Shown here in pieces: positions 56,184 to 64,000 of a stretch of 64,000 nucleotides of DNA. The translations under genes and the position numbers were made by a program. Positions within the stretch are counted from its first letter, which is position 1, and every line of letters starts with the position of its first letter. Where the stretch lies: the sequence record NZ_CP067424.1; one strand, given 5' to 3'. A model generated the notes under the pieces. The model was not told the DNA's origin and searched no databases. It saw nothing but the letters and a program-made list of their open reading frames with translations. The stretch comes from a plasmid.

Positions 56184-57347
56184 ATGACGAACCAGAAGGA
56201 CGTCCCGCGAGCGCCCGGCGCGGTCCAGGCGCAGCCCGGCCTGGAAACCTGGCCCTTCGCCGCGATCGTCCAGGCCTCCGACACGCCGACCCTCCTCACC
56301 GACCCCCGCCTGCCCGACAACCCGATCGTCTTCGCCAACGACGCCTTCCTGCGGCTGACCGGCTACGGCCGTGACGAGGTCCTGGGACGCAACTGCCGCT
56401 TTCTCGGCGGCCCGGGAACCGACCGGGAGGTCCGCAGCCGGGTGCGCACCGCGGTCGAGGAGGTGCGGCCCCTCAGTGCCAGGCTGCTGAACTACCGCAG
56501 GGACGGCTCGGCATTCTGGAACCAGCTGCACATCAGCCCGATCTTCGACGAGGTCGGCATGCTGGCCTACTTCGTCGCCTACCAGCACGACGTCACCGGG
56601 CAGGTCGAGGCGGAGCAGGCCCTGCGGCAAGCCCGGCGGGACCTCGAGGAACGCCTGGCGGAACGCGAGCGCCTGATCCTCGAAGTCCATGACCGGGTGC
56701 GCAACAATCTCCAGACGGTCATCGCCCTGCTCAACCTGGAAGCCGGCCGGGCCGATCCTTCCCTGCGCCAGCAGTTCAACCTGATCACGCAGCGCGTTCG
56801 TGTGCTGGTCGGCATCCACGAGCAGCTGAAGAGCTTCGGCCAGTGGGCGGCGATCGACTTCGGCCGCCACCTGCGGGAGACCTGCGCCGGGCTGGAGGAC
56901 CTGTTCGCCGACACCGTCACGGCCACGGTCGAGGCCGAGCCGCTGCTGTGCGACATCCAGGCGGCGGTACCCCTGGGTCTGATCGCCAACGAACTGATCG
57001 CCGCGTGTTTCCGCCAAGTCACTGGAAGCGGTGCGGTGGGCCGGTGCCGGGTCAGGGTCCAGCTCAGCCACCGACAGGAGACCGGCGTCGTCGAGCTCGC
57101 GGTCGGCGTCACCGGGGCCGGGGAGGCTTCACGGCCGGTCGGCGACCTCCCCGGTCCGAGCGCGATCGTCGACGTGCTGACCGAGCAGATCGGGGCCGAG
57201 CTGGCATTCGACCCGAACGCCGGCACGCGGGTCAGGCTGACCATCCCGGCCCGCTGCTTCACGCTCAGCCCGTCCTCCCCTTCCGGCTCGACCGATCCGC
57301 AGGTCCGGCCCGGCCCGTCCGGCCCGGATTACAGTGCCGTGCGCTAA
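56184..57347 (+). CDS. LOV-domain histidine kinase (blue-light photoreceptor type), HWE/HisKA_2 family
   Basis: Canonical LOV flavin-binding motif GRNCRFLGGPGTD with the adduct-forming Cys. H-box EVHDRVRNNLQTVIALL. The last 6 codons lie inside the right 103-bp repeat. Confidence 0.8.
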   Translation: MTNQKDVPRAPGAVQAQPGLETWPFAAIVQASDTPTLLTDPRLPDNPIVFANDAFLRLTGYGRDEVLGRNCRFLGGPGTDREVRSRVRTAVEEVRPLSARLLNYRRDGSAFWNQLHISPIFDEVGMLAYFVAYQHDVTGQVEAEQALRQARRDLEERLAERERLILEVHDRVRNNLQTVIALLNLEAGRADPSLRQQFNLITQRVRVLVGIHEQLKSFGQWAAIDFGRHLRETCAGLEDLFADTVTATVEAEPLLCDIQAAVPLGLIANELIAACFRQVTGSGAVGRCRVRVQLSHRQETGVVELAVGVTGAGEASRPVGDLPGPSAIVDVLTEQIGAELAFDPNAGTRVRLTIPARCFTLSPSSPSGSTDPQVRPGPSGPDYSAVR

Positions 57348-57431
57348 ATCCGAAGCATCCATGCCGTTGCTTTGGCGTTGCCGGGCGACATCACGCTCCA
57401 AAGCGATCCGGATTTAACGCGATCCGCTGTA
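57329..57431 (-). repeat. About 103-bp repeat, right copy (inverted relative to 53512-53614)
   Basis: Reverse complement matches the left copy with about 5 mismatches. The two copies bracket 3.7 kb holding both kinase genes. Confidence 0.6.
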
Positions 57432-58118
57432 TTTCGAGGAGGCGAGCGCGGAGGAACCGGAGGCCGGTTTTCGGCGCAGCATCGACAGGTCCCTGGCCGC
57501 CTGTTCCAAGGCAAGTCTCGAGCCCGCCAGGTCAGGGTAGATCGTCAGGGGCCAGGCTGGTGCCGTTACTTGCTGCGCACTTGCGCGATGCGTAGGCGGT
57601 GGGGCCCGGTGAACCGCTGAAGCACGCTCCCGGGCGATGGTCTGCCGCAGACCTGTACCTCGATCCCTGCCATGTCGTACGCTACCCGGGACAGGAAACC
57701 GCCCGGCGCGTCGGAGGGCGGCTTGCGGCATGGCTTGGCCCTGTGCTGGAGTGTTGCGGCAACTGAGGGACACGCCGCTCGACCACGTCCTTGCATTTCA
57801 CGTCCGGATACACAACCCACTGGTTTCCGCAGGGCTTCCTATGTCAGATTACCGGCCGGAACTCACATAGACCCGGTGGAGTGGTTCGATGCTGATGGAC
57901 GAGACGGCGGCGGCGGTGGCGGCCCTCGACGCGGTGGCCCGGCGGCTGTCCGGGGCACCGGCCCGGCAGCTGGCCGTCATGCGGGCGCAGCTGCTGGAGC
58001 TGACGCGCGAAGCGGTGCGGACACCCGCCGGGGATCCGGGTGTCACGGCGGTGGAGCTGCGGATCGTGTCCAGGAAAGCAGGGTAGCAGCCTGAGGATCT
58101 GCCGAGCAGGCGGATGCC

Positions 58119-60221
58119 TCAGGCGGCATCCGGTCGGCGGTGCGAACCCGCCGTCATTCCGGCCAGGAGCCTCTCGTACGCCGTGTTCCCCGCCGTCTCC
58201 AGCGCCAGCCGCAGGCCGTCGGCCGCGGCGTCGATGACGCGGAAGCCGACCGCGACACCCGACGCCGCCAGGGTCAGGGTTCCCGTATCGCCGGCGTCCA
58301 GGCCCGGATTGCCCGCGACCCGGGCTCCCGTCGTCGAGAGATCCGCGACCCTCACCTCGCCGGTGCCGGCAGGCCCCGAGATCCTGGCCGCCAGGTCCAC
58401 GGGGTGGCGCGGGCTGGCCCGGCGATCGACATCGGGCGTGGCGGTGCGCACGACCCGGACCAGCACCTGGCGCAGCTCCTGGATGGCCACGGCGACCTCG
58501 GTGGTCTCGCCCCGCACCCGCCCCGCCGTGGCGCCGGTCGCCAGGGCTTCCGCCGAGACCGCCGCGATCCGCTCGGAGACGTCGTGCGCCGCCGTCGCGG
58601 TCTGGGTCACGTTGCGCGCGATCTCGCGGGTCGCGGCACTCTGCTCCTCCATGCCCGCGGCGATGGTCGACGAGATCCCCGACACCGCGTCGATGTGGCG
58701 GCGCATGCCGGCGACCGAGGCGACGGCCTCCCGGGTGACGCCCTTGATCGCGGCGATCTGCCGGCCGATCTCCTCGGTCGCACTGGCCGTCTGGCCCGCC
58801 AGGTTCTTGACCTCGCCCGCCACCACCGCGAAGCCCTTGCCCGCCTCGCCGGCGCGCGCCGCCTCGATCGTGGCGTTCAGCGCCAGCAGGTTGGTCTGCG
58901 AGGCGATGCCGGCGATCAGGGTCGAGACCTCGTCGATCCGGTCCACCGTGACCGCCAGCGAGGCGATCGTCCGCTCGGTCCGGTCGCCGGCCTCGACGGC
59001 CTCCCGGGTGACGCTCGAGGCCTCGCCGAGCCGGCCGGTGATCTCCTGGATCGAGGCGGTGAGTTCCTCGGTCGCGGCCGAGACCATCTGGGCGTTGGCC
59101 AGCGCCTGCTGGGCGGCATTGGCGACGGTCCGGGCGTTGTCGGTCATGCCGGTCGCCGACCGCGCCATCACTTCCGCTTCCCGGCTCATCGCCTCGGTCC
59201 GCCGCGAGACCTGGGCGACCGCGGCGCCGGCCTCGCTCTCGACCCGCTCGGCCATGGCCTGCAGGGCCTGGCGCTGCGCCTGGCGGGCGCTCTCCGCCTG
59301 TTCGGTCTGCTGGTGGCGCAGATGCTCCGCCTCGCGCAGGCCCTGGCGGAACACCTCGGCGACCCGCACCATGGTGCCGATCTCGTCGCGCCGGTGGCCG
59401 CCGAGAATGACGTGGCCGTGCTCCCCCGCCGAGAGTTTCTCCAGGTCGCCGGTGAGCCGGCGCAGCGGCGTCACGAGGGCGCGGCTGAGCACGGCCGTGA
59501 TGAGGAGTGCCGCCGCGACCGACAAACCGATCGCGATCAGGGTCGAGCGCTGGCTGTCCGCCATCTCGTCCTCGGCGCGGGCGCGGTAGGCGAAGCCGTC
59601 GGCGGCGAAGGTCTCGACCACCTGCTCGAACCCGCCCGCGGCGACCTCGAGCAGGGCCGGCATCGCCGCCGGATCGTCGGCCTGGATGCCGACCCGCTCT
59701 ATCTGCCCGCGCAGCGTCGTGGCGGCTCCGCGTCCCTCGGCGGACATGGCGCGCTCGATCGCGACGTCCAGGTCCTCCAGGATCGCCGCCACCCGCTCCC
59801 GGACCGCGGCGGGATCGACGCGTGCCGGCAGCTCACCGGCAGTATCGGAAGCTTCCAGCTTCGGAGTTTCCTCCGCCCGGATCTCCGGCTCGCCGGCCGC
59901 CCGTGTCGGACTACCGGTGCGGGCCAGCGCGATCAGCCGCTGGCGCTCGCTCGGTTCGTCCCGGGCGACGGGTGCGGCCAGGCTGCCGCGCACCGCCCCG
60001 GCCGCCTGCTCCGCCGCCCCGGCGGCGAGGTACAGGCCCTGCAGGGCGGTGAACCTGGTCTCGGCGCTGCGCACCAGGCTGACCGACATGAAGGCCTCGT
60101 CGTAGACCTGGACGGCCAGCTGGCCGAGCTGCCGCCCGGCGGCAAGAGCGAAGACGCCCAGAGTGACCGTTACCGCGGTCATCAGCAGGCAGGCGAACAG
60201 GATCTTGAGCCGGATCGACAT
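58119..60221 (-). CDS. Methyl-accepting chemotaxis protein with a C-terminal PilZ (c-di-GMP-binding) domain
   Basis: MCP signalling domain (…[32 protein letters not shown]…) followed by [16 protein letters not shown]…[17 protein letters not shown] (RxxxR … DxSxxG PilZ signature). Same architecture as Azospirillum Tlp1. Confidence 0.8.
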   Translation of the reverse strand: MSIRLKILFACLLMTAVTVTLGVFALAAGRQLGQLAVQVYDEAFMSVSLVRSAETRFTALQGLYLAAGAAEQAAGAVRGSLAAPVARDEPSERQRLIALARTGSPTRAAGEPEIRAEETPKLEASDTAGELPARVDPAAVRERVAAILEDLDVAIERAMSAEGRGAATTLRGQIERVGIQADDPAAMPALLEVAAGGFEQVVETFAADGFAYRARAEDEMADSQRSTLIAIGLSVAAALLITAVLSRALVTPLRRLTGDLEKLSAGEHGHVILGGHRRDEIGTMVRVAEVFRQGLREAEHLRHQQTEQAESARQAQRQALQAMAERVESEAGAAVAQVSRRTEAMSREAEVMARSATGMTDNARTVANAAQQALANAQMVSAATEELTASIQEITGRLGEASSVTREAVEAGDRTERTIASLAVTVDRIDEVSTLIAGIASQTNLLALNATIEAARAGEAGKGFAVVAGEVKNLAGQTASATEEIGRQIAAIKGVTREAVASVAGMRRHIDAVSGISSTIAAGMEEQSAATREIARNVTQTATAAHDVSERIAAVSAEALATGATAGRVRGETTEVAVAIQELRQVLVRVVRTATPDVDRRASPRHPVDLAARISGPAGTGEVRVADLSTTGARVAGNPGLDAGDTGTLTLAASGVAVGFRVIDAAADGLRLALETAGNTAYERLLAGMTAGSHRRPDAA

Positions 60222-60285
60222 GGCGGGGTTCGGTTCCGTGAAGGTGATGCGGGCGGGGCGGTTGCGAAGGTGCGACCGGTCGGTG

Positions 60286-60618
60286 CTACTGCGCGGTGAC
60301 CGTCATCTTCATCTTGGGATGGATCGCGCAGCGGACCTCGTGGACGCCGGCCTTGTCGAATGCCAGGTCCGTCCGGGTGCCGGGCTTCTGCAGTTCGCCC
60401 GTACGATTGCCGCCGCTCGGGTCCTTGACGGTGATGTTGTGGGCGATGGTGTCGTCGTTGACGAAGGTGACCTCGTCGCCGGCCTTGACGGTGATCGCGT
60501 CCTGGCTGAACTGCTTGCCTTTCTGGCCGATCGCGGTCTCGGCCAGGGCTTCGGTGCCCGAGACGGCGGCAACGGCGGCGAGAAGGATGGCCAGGGCAAC
60601 GGTGGTGGTGGTGTTCAC
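60286..60618 (-). CDS. Small blue-copper protein (pseudoazurin/plastocyanin-like cupredoxin)
   Basis: GTG start. Signal peptide [21 protein letters not shown]. Copper ligands H…C…H…M (…[11 protein letters not shown]). GTGA overlap with the upstream ccp stop. Confidence 0.75.
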   Translation of the reverse strand: MNTTTTVALAILLAAVAAVSGTEALAETAIGQKGKQFSQDAITVKAGDEVTFVNDDTIAHNITVKDPSGGNRTGELQKPGTRTDLAFDKAGVHEVRCAIHPKMKMTVTAQ

Positions 60619-61658
60619 GAGGAAGCCTCCTTGGTGGGCAGGGTGGGAGCGGGGATCGGATCGTCCTCGCTGGTCAGCGTCCGCAGGAAGGCCAGCAGGG
60701 CCTCGGTCTCCCCGGGCGTCAGGCCGAGCCGACGCATCTCCGGCGACAGGCTGGGCCGCTCGACGAACCCGGTGTCGTAGTGGACGATGACGTCGCGCAG
60801 GGTCGCCGCCGAGCCGTCGTGCATGAAGGGCTCGCGCGTCGCGACGTTGCGCAGCGTCGGTGTCTTGAAGGCGTGCCGCATGACCGGGATATCCGGCAGC
60901 AGGGCGCCGCGCCCGGGATCGGCGCTGTTCAGCCCGATGTCGTGGAAGCTGTCGTCGGTGAAGCGCCAGCCGGAGTGGCACGCGGCGCAGTTGGCCTTGC
61001 CGTTGAACAGTGCGAAGCCCTGTTTGGCCTCCTCCGGAATGGCGCCCTCGTCGCCCTCGATCCAGCGGTCGAACGGCGCCTTGTTGCTGACGATCGTGCG
61101 CTCGAAGGTGGCGAGCGCCCGGGCGATGGCGGCGCCGCTGATCGTCTCACTGCCGAAGGCCTCGCGGAACAGGCGCCGGTAGGCCGGGATGTCCGACAGC
61201 TCGGCGACCAGGGAGGCGATCGGCTGGTTCATCTCGCCGGCCGCCTCGATCGGCCCGGTCGCCTGCTCCTCGAGCGTGTCCTTGCGCCCGTCCCACATCA
61301 GCGGTTCGGCCCAGGCCAGGTTGAGGATGGTCGGCGAGGCGCGCTCGAGCGACTTGGCGCCGTCGCCGGTCGCCACCGGCAGCCCGTCTTCCCAGCCCAG
61401 CGCGGGGTTGTGGCACGAGGCGCACGAGGCGGTGTTGGAACCGGACAGGCGCGGGTCGAAGAACAGGACGTGCCCGAGCGCCGCCTTGGCGTCGCTGTAG
61501 GGATTGTCGGCCGGGAACGGGATCTCGTTCGGCCGCCGGTACTGCGCCTTGAGGTCGCCCGGATCATCCGCAGCGGCAGCCGCAACGCTCAGCAGGCTGC
61601 CGGCGAGCAGCGCAACCGCCCAGGCCGGACGCAGCGCCCGTCTAGCAGGAACACCCAT
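60615..61658 (-). CDS. ccpA: Di-haem cytochrome c peroxidase (CcpA/MauG family)
   Basis: Two CxxCH motifs (CASCH, CAACH). Conserved …MWDGR… and …FKTPTLRNVA… blocks. Signal peptide. Confidence 0.85.
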   Translation of the reverse strand: MGVPARRALRPAWAVALLAGSLLSVAAAAADDPGDLKAQYRRPNEIPFPADNPYSDAKAALGHVLFFDPRLSGSNTASCASCHNPALGWEDGLPVATGDGAKSLERASPTILNLAWAEPLMWDGRKDTLEEQATGPIEAAGEMNQPIASLVAELSDIPAYRRLFREAFGSETISGAAIARALATFERTIVSNKAPFDRWIEGDEGAIPEEAKQGFALFNGKANCAACHSGWRFTDDSFHDIGLNSADPGRGALLPDIPVMRHAFKTPTLRNVATREPFMHDGSAATLRDVIVHYDTGFVERPSLSPEMRRLGLTPGETEALLAFLRTLTSEDDPIPAPTLPTKEASS

Positions 61659-61889
61659 GTCTGCCTTCCTTGATCAGGCCCCGTGCCGCCGCGCCGCAAA
61701 GTCGGTGCTGCGAACTCGAGGGGAAGAGTCTCAATGGGATCAGGGGACTATAGATAAAATGTGAAGGGACAGTTAAGCCTGGTCCACGGTCTCAGCGATC
61801 GCGGCATCCGGCGCAATCATGGCTCCGGCCAATGCAGAGCAGGAAGTATCCCAGCCAACCAAGGACAAGCATTCGATCCGGCAGGTATA

Positions 61890-62040
61890 GATAAAAAAAG
61901 AATTTTGATAATAAAAGTAGATTAATAATGCAAAATGCCCAAAATATAATATCAAAATTCAAATAACAAATTAATTAAATCTTATTTTTAATAAAATAGA
62001 ATGATATTTTTAACGGTACATAGCCGCGCAAGCATGATAA
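61890..62040. other. Extreme AT-rich island (about 15% GC) upstream of the ccp-cupredoxin operon
   Basis: gataaaaaaagaattttgataataaaagtagattaataatgcaaaatgcccaaaatataatatcaaaattcaaataacaaattaattaaatcttatttttaataaaatag in an otherwise roughly 67% GC context. Confidence 0.5.
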
Positions 62041-62155
62041 TATTAGAACTTACTATGTTTCTTCAGGAAGAGTTCTTTCCGGCAGAAATACTTATTCCGA
62101 GTATCCTCGGAAAGCGTCCCTGCGCATAGGCTCCAGGCGGGTCCTTTGACCTTGT

Positions 62156-62488
62156 CTATGAATTTGTCTCAAGCAGTATGGTCATCGCGATGGATCCACT
62201 GGAGGCACTCAGCGTCTTGGCGGCTTTCCTGGGCAGCGGGATGTTCAGCTCCAGGCAGTAGCGGATCAGGGCGGGTTCGATGGCGTCCGGGCCGAAGACA
62301 AGATCGTAGGTGTTCTTCGTGGTCTCATGGCGGATCGTGAGACGGAGCGACACATCTGGTTCAGGTGCCAGGCGGCACTGGACGATGGTTCCGACAAACA
62401 GCTTCTCCACTGCGATCCGGTTGTGCGAGGTCATGGCCGCGATGACTTCGTCGTTCGTGAAGATCAGCTGGCGTGTTTCGGTCGGCAT
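62156..62488 (-). CDS. Hypothetical protein (110 aa)
   Basis: Clean ORF between the AT-rich island and the MCP gene. No motif. Confidence 0.3.
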   Translation of the reverse strand: MPTETRQLIFTNDEVIAAMTSHNRIAVEKLFVGTIVQCRLAPEPDVSLRLTIRHETTKNTYDLVFGPDAIEPALIRYCLELNIPLPRKAAKTLSASSGSIAMTILLETNS

Positions 62489-62590
62489 GGGAAAGTTCTC
62501 TCGTCAGCTCGCAATGGCCTGCTCACCCGATCGCAGACGGCTGTGGCGAGGCACCGCAGCCATCCTGTCCGGATGATAAGGGGAGAGGGT

Positions 62591-62935
62591 TCACGGATCG
62601 TCACCCCGGCCGGTCAAGCCGACCGGCCGGGGAAACCTGGCCGCCAGATCGGCCGCCAACCGGTCACGGGCACGCTCCAGGGCTTCCAGGTCGGTGTTGC
62701 TCCAGGTCTCCTGGCAGGCCCGGCAGAACCGCACGGTGTCGGCAGTCCCGGCGGCGACGTGATCCAGGTATCCGCTGAATTCCGTCAGATCGGCGGCGAT
62801 CCCGGTCGCCCGACGGTGCAGGGCATCTGCATCCTGCCGCAGGAAACCGAGGGCGTTCCTGATTTCCCGGGTTACGGCATCGTGCCGCCGCAGCGCCCGG
62901 ACCCGGGCGAGATCGATGATCCTGGGCCGGGTCAT
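62591..62935 (-). CDS. Hypothetical protein (114 aa) immediately downstream of an MCP gene
   Basis: ORF with stop 2 nt from the MCP stop. Same placement as the 49010 ORF relative to its MCP. Confidence 0.3.
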   Translation of the reverse strand: MTRPRIIDLARVRALRRHDAVTREIRNALGFLRQDADALHRRATGIAADLTEFSGYLDHVAAGTADTVRFCRACQETWSNTDLEALERARDRLAADLAARFPRPVGLTGRGDDP

Positions 62936-62937
62936 GG

Positions 62938-64000
62938 TCAGGCGCTCCGGATGGCGGACAGGAAAGTCTCGACCTCGCGCCGCAGCGCCTCGGCCTGGCC
63001 GGACAGCGCCCGCGAGGCGCCCAGCACCCGGGTCGCCGCCTCACCGGTGCGGGTCGCGGCGTCATTGACCTCCAGGACGCCGGCGCTGATCTCGCCGGTG
63101 CCTTGCGCCGCCTGGCCGACGCTGCGGGCGATCTCACCGGTGGTCGCGTTCTGCTCCTCGACCGCGGCGGCGATCGCCGAGGAAATCTCGTTGATCGTGC
63201 CGATCGTGCCGCCGATGCCCTCGATGGCGCCCACCGTGCTCGTGGTGGCGCCCTGGACGGCGGCGATCTGGGCGGCGATCTCCTCGGTTGCCCGGCTGGT
63301 CTGGTTGGCCAGCGCCTTGACCTCGGAAGCCACGACCGCGAAACCCTTGCCGGCCTCACCGGCGCGCGCCGCCTCGATCGTGGCGTTGAGCGCCAGCAGG
63401 TTGGTCTGGCTGGCGATCGACTGGATCAGCCCGACCACCTCGCTGATCCGCCCGGTGGCATCCGCCAGACCGCGCACCGATGCGGTGGCCGCCTGGGCCT
63501 CCAGCGTCGCCTGCTCGGCGATGCCGGTGGAGCGGCCGACCTGACGGCCGATCTCCTGGCTCGAGGCCGCCATCTCCTCGGTCGCCGCCGCCACGGTCTG
63601 GACATTGGCCGAAGTCTGTTCGGCCGTCGCGGCCGACAGTGCTGCCTGCCGGTTGGTCTGTTCGGCGAGCGAGGCCATACTCTCGGCGGTGCCGCCGAGT
63701 TCCGAAGCGGCCGAGGCGACGCCGCCAAGCACGCCGCCCACGGTACGGTCGAAGGTCCGGATCAACTCCTCCATGGCGGCGGTGCGCCGTTCCCGTACCG
63801 CCTGGCCGGCGGCCTGTTCCGCCTCGAGCCGGGCGCGCGACAGCGCATTGTCCCGGAACACCGCGACGGCGGCGGCCATGGCGCCGATCTCGTCTCGCTG
63901 CCCCTGGGCCGGGATCGTGATGGCGGTGTCGCCCTCGGCCAACCGGCGCATCGCCGCCGTCATCGCGCCCAGGGGGCGGACACCGCGGCCGATCAGCAGG
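62938..64000 (-). CDS. Methyl-accepting chemotaxis protein, 3' part (gene continues beyond the window end)
   Basis: C-terminal HAMP/signalling domain almost identical in its core to the other two MCPs. The reading frame stays open to the window edge. Confidence 0.8.
   Translation of the reverse strand, partial: LLIGRGVRPLGAMTAAMRRLAEGDTAITIPAQGQRDEIGAMAAAVAVFRDNALSRARLEAEQAAGQAVRERRTAAMEELIRTFDRTVGGVLGGVASAASELGGTAESMASLAEQTNRQAALSAATAEQTSANVQTVAAATEEMAASSQEIGRQVGRSTGIAEQATLEAQAATASVRGLADATGRISEVVGLIQSIASQTNLLALNATIEAARAGEAGKGFAVVASEVKALANQTSRATEEIAAQIAAVQGATTSTVGAIEGIGGTIGTINEISSAIAAAVEEQNATTGEIARSVGQAAQGTGEISAGVLEVNDAATRTGEAATRVLGASRALSGQAEALRREVETFLSAIRSA

Noticed and set aside
61773-61955. 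60-aa minus-strand ORF in the AT-rich island
   Set aside because: Lies in 15% GC DNA with Ile/Tyr/Phe-rich low-complexity translation and no RBS. Spurious.
1-64000. tRNA, rRNA or tmRNA genes, for example as an integration target for the mobile region
   Set aside because: No cloverleaf-compatible sequence or rRNA-like conserved blocks were seen on either strand. The element looks plasmid-like (RepA plus iterons) rather than tRNA-integrated.

Overview
This 64 kb window of high-GC DNA (roughly 65-70% GC, broken by several low-GC islands) reads as a piece of a conjugative plasmid or ICE from an Azospirillum-like alphaproteobacterium. The host guess rests on an MCP with a C-terminal PilZ domain, several HWE/HisKA_2 kinases and the Trb gene order.

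From 1 to 20 kb the window is a transposon mosaic:
- Three different Tn3-family elements are present. One carries a FimB/E-like tyrosine recombinase and has a perfect 5-bp target-site duplication (TSD). One carries a serine resolvase with an internal deletion. One is a TnpI/IRS type whose tnpA is split by an IS21 element with a CCTGG TSD.
- There are also IS66 and ISKra4-like transposase remnants.
- A RepA (RPA-type) replication initiator sits here, flanked by two clusters of 16-bp iterons.

From 20 to 45 kb lies the plasmid backbone:
- Maintenance and regulatory genes come first: an AlpA-like regulator, a serine recombinase, and an MqsR/MqsA toxin-antitoxin pair with two ACCT-N-AGGT operators.
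- A transfer operon follows: a short DUF3363-type relaxase, a VirD4/TraG coupling protein and a P-type Trb type IV secretion system (trbB, C, D, E, J, K, L, F, G, I plus a DUF2274-like gene).
- The operon is interrupted between trbB and trbC by an antisense NUDIX hydrolase, low-GC micro-ORFs, a tandem array of four small paralogous genes, and an IS5 element with a CTAA TSD.
- TrbJ is fused to a roughly 400 aa N-terminal right-handed beta-helix domain.
- A cI/LexA-like (SetR-like) repressor with GTTGAC inverted repeats lies just downstream.

From 45 to 64 kb the cargo is sensory and chemotactic:
- folE and a GAF-HWE kinase.
- Three MCP paralogs, one ending in a PilZ domain.
- An orphan receiver, a PAS-PAS-HWE kinase and a LOV-histidine kinase. 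The two kinases lie on a 3.7 kb segment bracketed by about 103-bp inverted repeats that are 95% identical.
- A cytochrome c peroxidase / pseudoazurin pair.

I found no rRNA, tRNA or CRISPR. The strongest candidates for something new are the beta-helix-TrbJ fusion, the small-paralog array plus NUDIX island inside the trb operon, a conserved GACTAC-N9-GTAGTC operator at two trb promoters, and a double-hairpin element with compensatory base changes present in two copies.

Coordinates taken from the ORF track include the stop codon. My own positional calls may be off by 1-2 nt.
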